DNA from: Candidatus Subterrananammoxibius californiae
GTDB taxonomy: Bacteria; Planctomycetota; Brocadiia; Brocadiales; Subterrananammoxibiaceae
Direction: 5' to 3'
Assembly (NCBI GenBank): GCA_030586555.1
Contig: JAURAC010000003.1
Coordinates: 1 to 64,000 of the forward strand
Length of the DNA: 64,000 nt
In this document: one piece after another, positions 19,100 through 29,628 of the stretch
Layout: the number at the start of each line of letters is the position of its first letter
Numbering within the stretch: the first letter of the stretch is position 1
The notes under the pieces: model-generated
The model's input: the letters and a program-made list of their open reading frames with translations, nothing else
Database searches by the model: none
What the model was told of the DNA's origin: nothing
Position numbers and translations under genes: made by a program

Positions 19100-20538
19100 G
19101 TACTTACTCCACTTGTTTGCGCAGTTTGCGGAATCGAAGACTCGTGCTGTTTTTGGCACGGAATATCGTTGTCAAGTTCAAACATCTTTACCAATCTTAA
19201 TATATCATCAGCGCCAGTAGGGGCAGGTTTTAAACCTGCCCCTACATCCTCAATATCCTGCCGAAGGTAGTCACGTATTCTATCAATCATTGAAATTGCA
19301 TAATCTATGCGTGGATTGCTGCCCTTTACATAAGCGCCAATATTTATAAGCTCTTCAGCCTCCTTATAAGTGGCGTATATCATCTTCAATTTCTGCGCAG
19401 CCTGCCTGTGTTCTAAAGAAACAATGTCAATCATGCTTCTGCTTACGCTTTCAAGTATATCTATAGGAGGATAGTGATTTTGCGCTGCTAATGCCCTTGA
19501 CAGTACAATATGGCCGTCAAGTATTCCCCTTACTGCATCTGCAATGGGCTCATTCATATCGTCCCCTTCAACAAGAACGGTGTATAAGCCGGTAATGCTT
19601 CCCTTTTGGGCAGCCCCTGTCCTTTCGAGTATTTTAGGAAGAAGTGCAAAGACAGAAGGGGTATAACCCCTTGTAGTAGGTGGCTCACCAATTGAAAGAC
19701 CTACCTCGCGCTGTGCAAATGCAAATCTGGTAACAGAATCAAGAAACAGCATTACATTAAGCCCTTCGTCCCTGAAATATTCTGCAACAGTACATGCCAC
19801 ATAGGCGCCCTTGACACGCAACAACGAAGGCCTATCTGAAGTAACGGCAATTACGACCGATTTCTTTAGCCCCTCCTCGCCAAGGTTTTTCTCTATAAAC
19901 TCCCTTACCTCTCTCCCACGTTCACCAATCAGGGCAATAACGTTGACATCGGCATCGGAACATCTGGCAATCTTACCCAGAAAAGTGCTTTTCCCGACCC
20001 CGCTTCCAGAAAAGATACCCAGCCTCTGGCCCTTTCCGCAGGTTAGTAATCCATCAACAGCCCTTACACCCGTTCGGATAATCTCTGAAATTCTGTTTCT
20101 TTTTAAAGGGTTTGGTGGACTATTGTAAACCGAACGTTCTTCATTTGCCTGAAGAGGCCCTTTACCGTCAATAGGTTCTCCCAGGCCACCCAGCACCCTA
20201 CCTTTAAGACCATGCCCAACCTTAACCCTTAGAGGGGACCCAGTAGCCACAACCTCACTTCCGGGGCCAATATTTTCCATCTCCCCGATTGGCATCAGTA
20301 GAATTTTATCATCTTTAAATCCAACGACCTCAGCAGGTACAGGAACGTTTTCACCTGCGAGACATATCTGGCAGAATTCCCCAACCGATGCTGAAGGACC
20401 CTTTGATTCTATTACCAGTCCTGCAACGCTTACTATCTTTCCTGTAAGCCTAAAGGGTTCAAGCCCTGAAAGCTTCTTATGATATTGCTCAAAACTAATC
20501 AACTTTTTTCCCTCAACGATATAGGGTGGCATGGACAA
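19096..20538 (-). CDS. fliI: Flagellar export ATPase FliI (start uncertain)
   Basis: GSGVGKS, GERGREVREF, DSVTRFA and LDGHIVLSR; in-frame REP VGAGLKPAPT near the C-terminus. Confidence 0.96.
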   Translation of the reverse strand: MSMPPYIVEGKKLISFEQYHKKLSGLEPFRLTGKIVSVAGLVIESKGPSASVGEFCQICLAGENVPVPAEVVGFKDDKILLMPIGEMENIGPGSEVVATGSPLRVKVGHGLKGRVLGGLGEPIDGKGPLQANEERSVYNSPPNPLKRNRISEIIRTGVRAVDGLLTCGKGQRLGIFSGSGVGKSTFLGKIARCSDADVNVIALIGERGREVREFIEKNLGEEGLKKSVVIAVTSDRPSLLRVKGAYVACTVAEYFRDEGLNVMLFLDSVTRFAFAQREVGLSIGEPPTTRGYTPSVFALLPKILERTGAAQKGSITGLYTVLVEGDDMNEPIADAVRGILDGHIVLSRALAAQNHYPPIDILESVSRSMIDIVSLEHRQAAQKLKMIYATYKEAEELINIGAYVKGSNPRIDYAISMIDRIRDYLRQDIEDVGAGLKPAPTGADDILRLVKMFELDNDIPCQKQHESSIPQTAQTSGVST

Positions 20539-20566
20539 GCTCGCTTGTCCGTGCTACTCACCCTCC

Positions 20567-21247
20567 TCACGGACAAATCATGCCTGAGGCAGATTCGCCT
20601 TGGCGAACAAGTTTGTCCGTGCCACCCTCCGAATGGCTAAGCATCTGATTGATTATTTCATTCATGCGTGTTTCAAGACGTGCGTCAATGCATCCAAAGT
20701 CAGTTTCCACTATGCATCCGCCGGGGCTAATTTTCTGATCCGCAACGATTTCAAACGTACTATCTGAATTAGCCATTATTTTTGCTTCCTTCAATCCTGT
20801 CACGTCAGCAGGGTTCAAACGAATAGAGACAATCTTTTGTCTCTCTGCCTGTAAAATAGCCTCTGCAACCACTTTTTCTATTAAATAATTATTATTAGCA
20901 ATCTCACAACCGACCACCTTCTGAGCAATCGCAAGGACAAGTTTAATAATCTCTGTTTCACTCTTTTGCCAGATATTGTGTCTTTCACATTGCAGTTGCC
21001 TTGCAGCATCCTGAAATGCTCGAAAAACCGTGGAGAGCTTATCTTCTACCTGCTTACAACCATCACTTATTCCTTTGCGATACATTTCTTGTTTAGATGC
21101 CTCGATTTCCTTTCTGGCATCTTCAATGCTTTTATTGTCGCCTATCGAAGCCGCGTTTGGACCGTCTCCTTTCCTTCGTACGGGAGCATTGGTATAGTTG
21201 AGCACGTATATCCCATCTATAATTGGTGATGAATAAACCCTTCTCAT
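20567..21247 (-). CDS. fliH: Flagellar assembly protein FliH
   Basis: IRLNPAD and GGCIVETDFGCIDA; lies between fliG and fliI. Confidence 0.9.
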   Translation of the reverse strand: MRRVYSSPIIDGIYVLNYTNAPVRRKGDGPNAASIGDNKSIEDARKEIEASKQEMYRKGISDGCKQVEDKLSTVFRAFQDAARQLQCERHNIWQKSETEIIKLVLAIAQKVVGCEIANNNYLIEKVVAEAILQAERQKIVSIRLNPADVTGLKEAKIMANSDSTFEIVADQKISPGGCIVETDFGCIDARLETRMNEIINQMLSHSEGGTDKLVRQGESASGMICP

Positions 21248-22257
21248 ACGAGTTGTTCCGCCTTGCTGCCTTTCCTCTTTATTACCTTTTCACCCTTAGC
21301 CTCGAGGTTCTTTATCGCATCCACTACCTGTTGTTGAGCCTCCTCTACCTCGGATAAAGGTCTTGGGCCCAACAATTCCCACTCTTCCCTGACAGATTGT
21401 CCCACCCTTTGAGACATATTACTGAAGACCTTCTTTACGATACCCTCACTGGCGGTCTTAAGTGCCATTGCCACTACTCTGTTATCAAGCTCGCTTAGTA
21501 CCTTCCTTAGCGCCTGGTCATGTACAAGGACAATATCCTCAAAGACAAAGGAGAGTTTTCTAATCTCCTCTGCCGTCTCTGGTTCCTTCTGGGCTATGAT
21601 GTCAATAATGGCTTTTTCCGTATTCACGTCTGTCATGCCCATTATTTCAGCTACTGTCTTTAATCTTTGTTCCCTTGTAATCTTTTGAGTATCAACTTCG
21701 GTATGTTTAACCTTCGACTCTATAATTTCATTTACCTGCATTAGCAACTTTGTTGAGGGGAGGTCCATTGAGGCAATTCTCATAAGCACATCGGCTTGCA
21801 ATTCAACAGGAAACTTAGTAAGCACCTCTGATGCCTGAGCTGGCTCAAGGTAAGAAAGGGTCAGCGTTATTGTCTGTGGATGCTCAGTTGAAAGTATGTT
21901 GAAAAGCGTATCGGTATTCAACTCTTTAAGTGTTTGAAACGGCATAAGGATAGAATCGCCCTCAATAGTGCCCTTGAGGATTTCTTCGGCTTTCTTCAAG
22001 CCGAGAGTCCTTTCCAGAAGCTTTTTGAACGAATCAGAAAAATCCGTGCGGAAAGCTGGGCTTGAGTTCGCTTCCTCTGAAAATTCGTCAAGAACCTCTC
22101 TTATCGTACCTTCATCAATGCTTTCAAGCCTTCCAATCTCTGCACTAATATGTGCAATTTCAACCTCGTCAAAATTCTTAATTATTTGTGCAGCAACGTC
22201 GGTATCGAGGGTTGACAATAGGATTGCCACCTTCTGTTTACCGGATAAAGCCTTCAT
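21244..22257 (-). CDS. fliG: Flagellar motor switch protein FliG
   Basis: GKQKVAILL, EHPQTI, FVFEDI and NMSQR. Confidence 0.96.
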   Translation of the reverse strand: MKALSGKQKVAILLSTLDTDVAAQIIKNFDEVEIAHISAEIGRLESIDEGTIREVLDEFSEEANSSPAFRTDFSDSFKKLLERTLGLKKAEEILKGTIEGDSILMPFQTLKELNTDTLFNILSTEHPQTITLTLSYLEPAQASEVLTKFPVELQADVLMRIASMDLPSTKLLMQVNEIIESKVKHTEVDTQKITREQRLKTVAEIMGMTDVNTEKAIIDIIAQKEPETAEEIRKLSFVFEDIVLVHDQALRKVLSELDNRVVAMALKTASEGIVKKVFSNMSQRVGQSVREEWELLGPRPLSEVEEAQQQVVDAIKNLEAKGEKVIKRKGSKAEQLV

Positions 22258-23843
22258 GATGTCTTACCACCTCCTGTTACAAGCCACTTCTTTAGTACAT
22301 TTGCTGCAAGGGCGGGGTCCTTACGGATATCATCAACAACCTGACCTCTTTGTCCCCCGTCTCCAATAAGTTGTCTTGTCCCTTCTGCCGTTACAGGAAC
22401 AGCCATGTTTTGTACAACATTCTTAGCCCGATGCTTGATTCGTCTTAAAGCCATCATGGCAAACATGAGAAAACCTAATGCGGCAATCCCAAGCGAGCCG
22501 TTTTTGGCAATCTTTATTATGAAGTCCTTTTGCTGTTCCTTTACAACCGTAGCTTCTTCTTCCTCAAAAGATGGTTCGTAAAACTGGACGTTTTTTATCT
22601 CAAATGTATCATTGCGAGGGGCAGCCTCATTTAGCCCGATTGCCTGTTTTACAATGGCTGCCATTTGATTCAGGTCTTCCTGAGAACGCGGCACATAGGT
22701 TCTCTTGGTACTGCCATCTTCACCTTTTTCTGTCTGATATGTTCCATCAACCAGTACCGCCACAGTGAGTTTTTTCAGACTTGCCGAATGTTCTGCTACT
22801 ACGCGTTCAGTTTTACTTAACTCAAATTGGGTCTGAGCTGTTTCTTCTTCCTCGGACGTTCCTCCACCCGGCTGAGTAATCCCCGATTGCACAAGGTTAG
22901 CCTGCATACCGGCAGGTCCACCGGGAACAGGGGAATTACTTCCTGAAAGCCTGGACGTCACCGTTTGAATCTTTGGTACCCTCTTTTCAGGGTCGTACTC
23001 AACCTGCTTCTCATCAATATGACGAAAGTCTAAATCGGCGCTTACCTTTACTACCGCCTTACCTATACCCATAATCTTCTCAAGCATAGATTCGGCTTTG
23101 GATGCATAATAATCTTCAATCCGCCTTTTAAGGTCCAATTGGTCGTTAGCAACGCTGTCAAGGGAAGAGCCAGTTTTCTTCGATAATAAATTACCATGAT
23201 TATCGGTGATTGTAACGTTATCTGGTTTTAATCCCTCTATGCTGGAGCAAACAAGGTGTGTTATTCCCGCTATTTGGATTGGCTTTAACGAACCTCCAGT
23301 ACTTGCCCGAAGTTTTAAGATAACCGATGCAGTGGCAGGTTTTTCACCTTCGGTAAAGATAGATTGTTCTGGCATTACTATTTGCACCTGAGCCCATTCG
23401 ACATCGTCTATATGGGAGATAGTTTTTGCCAACTCACCCTGCAGGGCGCGACGATAGTTAACACGCTGAACAAAATCTGACATACCAAAATTAACCTTAT
23501 CAAATAGCTCAAATCCTATATCCCCTCTCGGTAACCCTTCGTTGGCAAGGGCGAGCCTTGCTTCATAAATCTTTTCAGAGGAGACAAGCACTGAGGTTCC
23601 ACCATCTTTTAGCTCGTAGGGGATTTTCAGGTCTTTTAGTTTTGAGACAATTTCGCCTGCTTCTTTTGAGCTTAGGTGGCCATACAAGAGTCCATATGAC
23701 GGTTTGCGCGCCCAATTGGCCCAAAATAGAATGCCCCCTAAGAACCCACAAGCCATTAACAGCAAGAAAACTTTTTGAGGGAAATCCATGCGTTTCCAGA
23801 CCGAGCTAAGCTGGTCGAAAACCTGCTTAAAATTACTGTTCAT
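22254..23843 (-). CDS. fliF: Flagellar MS-ring protein FliF
   Basis: GFELFD, RALQGELAKTI, ASVIL; two TM segments. Confidence 0.96.
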   Translation of the reverse strand: MNSNFKQVFDQLSSVWKRMDFPQKVFLLLMACGFLGGILFWANWARKPSYGLLYGHLSSKEAGEIVSKLKDLKIPYELKDGGTSVLVSSEKIYEARLALANEGLPRGDIGFELFDKVNFGMSDFVQRVNYRRALQGELAKTISHIDDVEWAQVQIVMPEQSIFTEGEKPATASVILKLRASTGGSLKPIQIAGITHLVCSSIEGLKPDNVTITDNHGNLLSKKTGSSLDSVANDQLDLKRRIEDYYASKAESMLEKIMGIGKAVVKVSADLDFRHIDEKQVEYDPEKRVPKIQTVTSRLSGSNSPVPGGPAGMQANLVQSGITQPGGGTSEEEETAQTQFELSKTERVVAEHSASLKKLTVAVLVDGTYQTEKGEDGSTKRTYVPRSQEDLNQMAAIVKQAIGLNEAAPRNDTFEIKNVQFYEPSFEEEEATVVKEQQKDFIIKIAKNGSLGIAALGFLMFAMMALRRIKHRAKNVVQNMAVPVTAEGTRQLIGDGGQRGQVVDDIRKDPALAANVLKKWLVTGGGKTS

Positions 23844-23951
23844 GACGCTCCTCCTTGGTGATTCAATCGCGAAACCTCTGGTTCAACCCCTGATTTAATC
23901 AAGAGCAAAATTGAACCTGCATTAAGTCAAGCTTCATTAACTATAGAATTT

Positions 23952-23967
23952 AGCAATTTCTATACCG
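23952..23967 (-). promoter_or_regulatory. Sigma54-type promoter for the fliF operon
   Basis: Minus strand CGGTATAGAAATTGCT. Confidence 0.6.
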
Positions 23968-24241
23968 ATATTATCCACCTGAGGCAGATGAATGGACAAG
24001 GTGACCTTAGCATATAAGAGTGAACAAGTTATGCCAAATACACGTAGTGGCACGGTGCGCCGTGCCACTACCCCTACGTCAGATTAGTGAACAGAGGAAG
24101 TTGAAGTTTTGGATTTTTATAGGACGATGTTTAAAAAATAAACCGGACAGGGTACTTTGAACCGCATAAGGTGTGCAGGTAAGGAAAAGAGCGTATACGA
24201 TGACACGGACAGACAAGTTTGTTCAAACTGCACCGTTTTGA

Positions 24242-24565
24242 TTACATTTGCATACGCATAACTTCCTTGTAGGTTTCAAGGAGTTTGTTGCGGGTCTCAA
24301 TCATAAATTTAAAGCTTACCTCCGCCTTTGACATGGCAATCATTACTTCATGGAGGTCTTCAATCTTGCCAGTGGCAAGATTATCAATTGATTCTCCAGC
24401 CTTATGCTGGAGGGTATTAACCTCGCTAATGAAATTGCTCAACACATCCTTAAAAGAAGGCCCCTGGGGCGGGTCTCCGACATTCGCCCCGCCAGCCAAT
24501 CCGCTTAAGGCGGAGGTGTCACTTAATTCGTTTGGTGACTTTAGTGGTGCAATGTCCATTTTCAC
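24242..24565 (-). CDS. fliE: Flagellar hook-basal body protein FliE
   Basis: DLHEVMIA...RNKLLETYKEVMRMQM. Confidence 0.95.
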   Translation of the reverse strand: MKMDIAPLKSPNELSDTSALSGLAGGANVGDPPQGPSFKDVLSNFISEVNTLQHKAGESIDNLATGKIEDLHEVMIAMSKAEVSFKFMIETRNKLLETYKEVMRMQM

Positions 24566-24614
24566 GTTCCTCTAATAGTTCATAGCCCATAGTACTGCAG
24601 GTTTTGACTATGAG

Positions 24615-25046
24615 CTATCTACTGAATGCGCCAAGCGCCTTATTTATCATTTCCTTTGATGTGGTCATAACGGCAAGATTCGCCTCGTATGCCCTTGAGG
24701 CCGTGACCATATCCACCATTTCATTTACAACACTAACGTTAGGCACCTCTACCATCCCATCTTTACCAGCCTTTGGATGACCAGGCATGTAAATTTTATT
24801 AAATGGCTCGGTACTTTTAACTATACCCCGCACCTTTACACCACCGAGGAGTTCCTCACCGGGAATATGACTGTCGAGGGAGCGCCTCAAGAGTGAAATA
24901 AATTCAACCTGTTGTCTTCTGTAGGGCATGCCATCTGGAGACTCTGTAGATTGGGCATTTGCCAGATTATTTGCGATGACATTCATACGCATACGCTCTG
25001 CTGATAAACCAGATGCGCTAATATCCAGAATAGAAAATATGTTCAT
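24615..25046 (-). CDS. flgC: Flagellar rod protein FlgC
   Basis: ISASGL..ERMRMNVIANNLANA, PYRRQ and ASRAYEAN. Confidence 0.96.
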   Translation of the reverse strand: MNIFSILDISASGLSAERMRMNVIANNLANAQSTESPDGMPYRRQQVEFISLLRRSLDSHIPGEELLGGVKVRGIVKSTEPFNKIYMPGHPKAGKDGMVEVPNVSVVNEMVDMVTASRAYEANLAVMTTSKEMINKALGAFSR

Positions 25047-25074
25047 CGTTTCAGCCTCCGTATATCCTTTAAAG

Positions 25075-25130
25075 GTAGACAACGGACTTTATGTCCGTTG
25101 ATTTCAATGAGGTAAAACCTCGTTGTCTAC
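25075..25130. repeat. GTAGACAACG...CGTTGTCTAC palindromic element (simplest copy)
   Basis: Other copies at 41641, 43955, 50308, 56499 and 60669. Confidence 0.85.
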
Positions 25131-25149
25131 CAAAAGCGTTGAAGTTGGT

Positions 25150-25527
25150 TTATGATGGTGTTCCACCACCAATGGCACTCTTTAGCATAGCAAATTTCTT
25201 GGACATCAATTGCACAAATACGTTGTATGAAAGCGCATTCTTAACCAACTCAGAAACTTCTTCTTCTATGTTTACATTATTACCGTCGTTTCGCTGCGAT
25301 GTCTTTTCGGTATTTTTTGCAACTACTACTTTTGGTTTAATGGAGCTAATATCAGAGCTGCCACTCCCCTTCAAAGCCGCTTTGAGCTCGGTTTCAAAGC
25401 TCGTATCTAACCTTTTATATCCAGGGGTGTTAACATTTGCAATATTATTTGCAATGACCTTATGCCTGATTACGCTTGCATCAATGACCTTTTCTAAAAG
25501 TCCAAGCTGTTTATCTCCCAGATACAT
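25150..25527 (-). CDS. flgB: Flagellar rod protein FlgB
   Basis: IANNIANVNTPGYK and DGNNVNIE; ATG 25527 with AGGAG RBS. Confidence 0.96.
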   Translation of the reverse strand: MYLGDKQLGLLEKVIDASVIRHKVIANNIANVNTPGYKRLDTSFETELKAALKGSGSSDISSIKPKVVVAKNTEKTSQRNDGNNVNIEEEVSELVKNALSYNVFVQLMSKKFAMLKSAIGGGTPS

Positions 25528-25551
25528 TGTTTTTCTCCTATTGTCTGAGGT

Positions 25552-25567
25552 AGCAAAGACTGTACCA
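25552..25567 (-). promoter_or_regulatory. Sigma54-type promoter for flgBC-fliE
   Basis: Minus strand TGGTACAGTCTTTGCT. Confidence 0.75.
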
Positions 25568-25665
25568 CAACGTAGGGACATCTATAAGTTATTACTATGA
25601 AAGAAGTAGGGGCGTTCAATTGAACACCCCTCAAAATGAATTAAGGTAAAAAGGGTTCGGATAAA

Positions 25666-27105
25666 TCAGGTAATTCTTTCCCCGGAAAGTTGTAATGGTA
25701 AACCATCTTTCACATACTTATTCAATTTGTTCCGGAGGGTTCGGGTGGTAATCTTCAGAATTTCTGAGGCCCTTGTCTTATTGCCACCCGTAGATTCGAG
25801 CGTTTGAAGGATTAAGTCCCGTTCTACATCTTCAATAGCCATGCAGGAGGTGGTAGGAAGGGCGTGAAAAGCAAGTCCTGGAACTTGCTTTTCACCTGTT
25901 AATCCATTCTGCGGCAAGGTATTCAAGGTGTTCTTGAATAAGCCATTCATAAAGTGTTCTGGCAGTAGTACCTCTGAGGATACCATTACAACAGTTCTCT
26001 GGATAATGTTCTTAAGTTCTCTAACGTTTCCTGGCCAGTGATATTTACAAAGTAAGTCCATAGCTTCTTTACCGATAGACTTAACGGGACTGGGACTTTC
26101 TTTTCTAAATTCCTCTAAGAAGTGTTCCACAAGGAGTGGAATATCCTCCGGTCTCTGTCTCAGCGGAGGCAACATAATGGGAACTACGTTTAACCTGAAG
26201 AAGAGGTCTTCTCTAAATTGTCCTTTTTCAACCTCGGTTCTGAGGTTTCTGTTGGTAGTTGCAACAATTCTCGTGTCAATCTTCAGCGTCTTTGTCCCCC
26301 CGACCCGCTCAAACTCCTCTTCCTCTAAAACACGAAGGAGTTTAGCCTGGATATTTGGCGATATTTCGCTTATCTCATCTAACAGTAAGGTTCCCTCATT
26401 GGCAAGTTCGAAGCGACCTTCCCTCTTAGAAGTTGCACCTGTAAATGCGCCCTTTTCATGTCCGAAAAGTTCACTTTCAAGTAATGTCTCGGTGAGGGCA
26501 GCACAATTCACCTTTATAAATGGTTTGCCTTGCCTGAGGCTGTAATAATGAACGGCATGGGCTATAAGCTCCTTTCCAGTGCCGCTTTCACCCTGTATAA
26601 GCACGCTTGCCTTGCTCTGCGCAACCTTCTTTACCTGTTCGTATATTTCATACATCCTTGATTTCTTACTCATAATAGGTACATTCACACCGTTCCCTGT
26701 AGCCTTGGACCTCCAGTACCTTGTTTCTTCTATGAGTTTTTGGCGCTCCTGTACCCTTGCGAGAAGGAGTTCAATATGGTCTGGTGAGAAGGGTTTTATT
26801 ATATAATCGTAAGCACCCTTTTTCATTGCATCAACGGCAGACTCTACGGTTCCGTAGGCAGTTATAATTATAATGATGATTTCGGGAGATATGCGTTTAA
26901 TATTTTCAAGAACCTCTATACCGCCCATTCCTGGCATCTTCATGTCAAGGAATATCAAATCGCATTCTTCCTTGCCAAAGCGTTCGACCGCCTCCTGTCC
27001 GTTACTCGCCATTATGACATCGTAATGATTCCTCACAAGTACTTCGTGCAGATATTCACGGCTCACCATCTCATCATCAACAACCAGTATCTTTTCTATA
27101 GCCAT
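25666..27105 (-). CDS. Sigma54-dependent response regulator (REC-AAA+-HTH; FleR/FlgR-like)
   Basis: GESGTGKE, GAFTGA, WPGNVREL, Fis-type HTH. Confidence 0.93.
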   Translation of the reverse strand: MAIEKILVVDDEMVSREYLHEVLVRNHYDVIMASNGQEAVERFGKEECDLIFLDMKMPGMGGIEVLENIKRISPEIIIIIITAYGTVESAVDAMKKGAYDYIIKPFSPDHIELLLARVQERQKLIEETRYWRSKATGNGVNVPIMSKKSRMYEIYEQVKKVAQSKASVLIQGESGTGKELIAHAVHYYSLRQGKPFIKVNCAALTETLLESELFGHEKGAFTGATSKREGRFELANEGTLLLDEISEISPNIQAKLLRVLEEEEFERVGGTKTLKIDTRIVATTNRNLRTEVEKGQFREDLFFRLNVVPIMLPPLRQRPEDIPLLVEHFLEEFRKESPSPVKSIGKEAMDLLCKYHWPGNVRELKNIIQRTVVMVSSEVLLPEHFMNGLFKNTLNTLPQNGLTGEKQVPGLAFHALPTTSCMAIEDVERDLILQTLESTGGNKTRASEILKITTRTLRNKLNKYVKDGLPLQLSGERIT

Positions 27106-27128
27106 CTTTGAAATCCCCAGGTCAAGGT

Positions 27129-28562
27129 TCAAGGGTTTAAGAGTTCAAGGGCCCCTGAAACTTTTGAACTTTTGAACTCTTGAACTCTTACAGGTAGATT
27201 AACAAGGAAAATTGTGCCCTTTTGCAATTTGCTTTGTACCGTAATCCATCCGGCATGAAGTTCAACTATCTTATGTGCAATGGAGAGTCCTAAGCCAGTT
27301 CCGTCTGGTTTTGTCGTAAAGAATGGGTCAAATATTCTTGCTTTAACATCATCTCTAATGCCGATACCAGTATCTGCTATGCCTATTTGAACCACATCAA
27401 ATTGCGGATTGCGGATTGTCGAAGACCCGCCATCTTTTCGGTGGGCGGATTGCGGAATAGGTGTTTTTTCCTTTTTGCCTTCCGCATTCTGAATTCCCCA
27501 ATCCGAACTAACGGTAATATCGCCCCCTTCTGGCATTGCTTGAATGGCATTCAGGAGGAGGTTAAGAAACACCTGCTGAAGCTGCTCCGGGTCACAGGGG
27601 ATATTAGCAATGTGAGCGTTAAAGTTTCTGCATATACGAATGCTTTTTATTCCCTTTTGCTTCATCTCCATAGTCGCAAAATACACAGCGTTATCCAGTA
27701 TCTCAGAGATATTTGCATCCACCAAGTTTAGTTTTACTGGTCTTGCAAAGATGAGTAAATCTGTAATAGTTTTATTTAAACTCTTTGTGCCATTTATTAT
27801 ACTTTGTACCAGCCTGCGACGTGGGTCGCCATTATTAAAGTCCCTTTCCAGTAATGAGGCAAACCCCTCAATGCCGTTCAACGGATTGCGTATTTCATGT
27901 GCTATTGTCGCAGCCATTTCTCCTATAGTTGCTAATTTATCTGCCCTATGTAACCGCTCCTTTAAATCCCTTATTTCCGTAACATCACGAAAAATCTCTA
28001 CAGCGCCTACGATGTTTTCCGATATGTCTTTTAGCATGGATATACTACTTTCCACTAACCGTGCTTTATCGTCCTTTGTCAGGATTTCGTGCTCTACATC
28101 CAGATAGTTTTTACCATCCCGAAGGGCTTTTAGCAATAATGGAGGCCCGGCAGACACGTTCCTTATGACAGATTGACAATCCTTCCCTCTAACTTCAGTA
28201 GCACTAATATTGAGGATTTCTTCAGCCGCCCGATTTAGTGTGGTGATTTTACCATTTAAATCAATGGCTACCACCCCGCTGTGCATACTCTCAAGTATAT
28301 TATTTAAATAACGTGTCAAGCTGTCGAGTTCCTCAACCTTTCGTTTCAACCGTTCATTTGTAAGCTCCATTTCATTGTCAATTTCCTTGACCCTTTCCTG
28401 AAGCTGCATGTATGCCAATTCAAGTTTCTGCGTTGATTGGTTGAATAGATTAAAAGCTGCGGCAAGTTCCGCTTTAAAATCTTGCCCAGTACCAACCTGC
28501 TGATTCTGGGTATGCCCATCATCTTCTTGCATTTGCTCTTTCATAGTCATTTCTTTAACCAT
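27129..28562 (-). CDS. Cytoplasmic PAS histidine kinase (FleS/FlgS-like)
   Basis: AHEIRNPL, NAIQA, DTGIGI, FFTTK and GTGLGL; repeat-derived insert in the HATPase domain. Confidence 0.93.
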   Translation of the reverse strand: MVKEMTMKEQMQEDDGHTQNQQVGTGQDFKAELAAAFNLFNQSTQKLELAYMQLQERVKEIDNEMELTNERLKRKVEELDSLTRYLNNILESMHSGVVAIDLNGKITTLNRAAEEILNISATEVRGKDCQSVIRNVSAGPPLLLKALRDGKNYLDVEHEILTKDDKARLVESSISMLKDISENIVGAVEIFRDVTEIRDLKERLHRADKLATIGEMAATIAHEIRNPLNGIEGFASLLERDFNNGDPRRRLVQSIINGTKSLNKTITDLLIFARPVKLNLVDANISEILDNAVYFATMEMKQKGIKSIRICRNFNAHIANIPCDPEQLQQVFLNLLLNAIQAMPEGGDITVSSDWGIQNAEGKKEKTPIPQSAHRKDGGSSTIRNPQFDVVQIGIADTGIGIRDDVKARIFDPFFTTKPDGTGLGLSIAHKIVELHAGWITVQSKLQKGTIFLVNLPVRVQEFKSSKVSGALELLNP

Positions 28563-29275
28563 TTTATTTTTTCATGCCACTGCTTCCACCAATTGAGGTC
28601 TTCCACGTACCATTGAGCTTCTTTGGCTGGATAGGCATTTGGGTATTTTTCCTGTAGTTTCTGATACGTGGTCAACGCATTATCAACCTGGTTGAGATTT
28701 ATGTAGCAATTGGCTGTTTGATATAATATCCAGGCATTATCTTCTTCGCTTCTTTTCTCAGGGTCTATTGACTGGTAGGTTTGAAGGGCTACTTCGTACT
28801 GAGATAATTTATAAAGACCATCTGCCGTCCCGAGTAAATCTACATTCCCCTCCGATTCTAAACCCTTAGAATCTATTTCGGAAATTTGCTCAAATGCCTT
28901 GCTTTTGGATAATGAAGCTGCCGTATCTTGTTCAGGCTCAGTTAGTAGATATTTTTCTGATAGTTCACGCTTGTTATCATTAAACCCTTGTTGTCCGACT
29001 GAGGGGGACGCCACTACCTCATCGAAAAGTTTTTTGTGTTCTGACTCCAATTCCTCAAGCCGTTGCTTTTCAGTTGTTAATGTCTGTGTCAGGAATTCAA
29101 ATCGTTCATCATCAATCTCAGTATAATCCTCTTCAGCAGGGTCGTGAGTTGCGAGTCTTGAATCCTGCTGTTCTATCGGAACGTCGTCAGCTACAACTGC
29201 ATCTGCATAGACAATCGGTATGTTTAGCACACATAAAAAAATAGGAAGAAATACAAAGATGTTTTTTATCTTCAT
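28547..29275 (-). CDS. Exported TPR protein
   Basis: Signal peptide, acidic coiled coil, C-terminal TPRs. Confidence 0.75.
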   Translation of the reverse strand: MKIKNIFVFLPIFLCVLNIPIVYADAVVADDVPIEQQDSRLATHDPAEEDYTEIDDERFEFLTQTLTTEKQRLEELESEHKKLFDEVVASPSVGQQGFNDNKRELSEKYLLTEPEQDTAASLSKSKAFEQISEIDSKGLESEGNVDLLGTADGLYKLSQYEVALQTYQSIDPEKRSEEDNAWILYQTANCYINLNQVDNALTTYQKLQEKYPNAYPAKEAQWYVEDLNWWKQWHEKIKWLKK

Positions 29276-29345
29276 GTATATAAGAGAATACCTTCTCCTA
29301 ATCCTGAGTCGAGCGTAGCTTTGTAAAATTTTGAAGATAATTTAG

Positions 29346-29361
29346 CGCAAACTGTGTGCCA
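29346..29361 (-). promoter_or_regulatory. Sigma54-type promoter for the TPR-HK-RR operon
   Basis: Minus strand TGGCACACAGTTTGCG, near consensus. Confidence 0.8.
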
Positions 29362-29628
29362 GAAACCTGATGGTCATAGGTGATAGGTCATAGGTCATGG
29401 ATTATGGGCATTTACCTATTACCTATAATCTGTTACCCATCATCCATTTTAGATTTATATCGTGGTTTTTTTGAACGAACCGTGGGATTTTTGTGCAGGG
29501 ATAAAAACCAAGTTCTGGGTACTTGGGTTTTACAAAACCGATTTTTGTTCTGCGATTCTTAATTCCTTAAGCACACAGGTCTCGAAAGGTATATTGGGCT
29601 ATAAGCTTAGAACAAACAACTGAAAAAC

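Noticed and set aside
24021..24036. Second sigma54 promoter upstream of fliF (TGGCATAACTTGTTCA)
   Set aside because: Good -24 box but no GC at -12.
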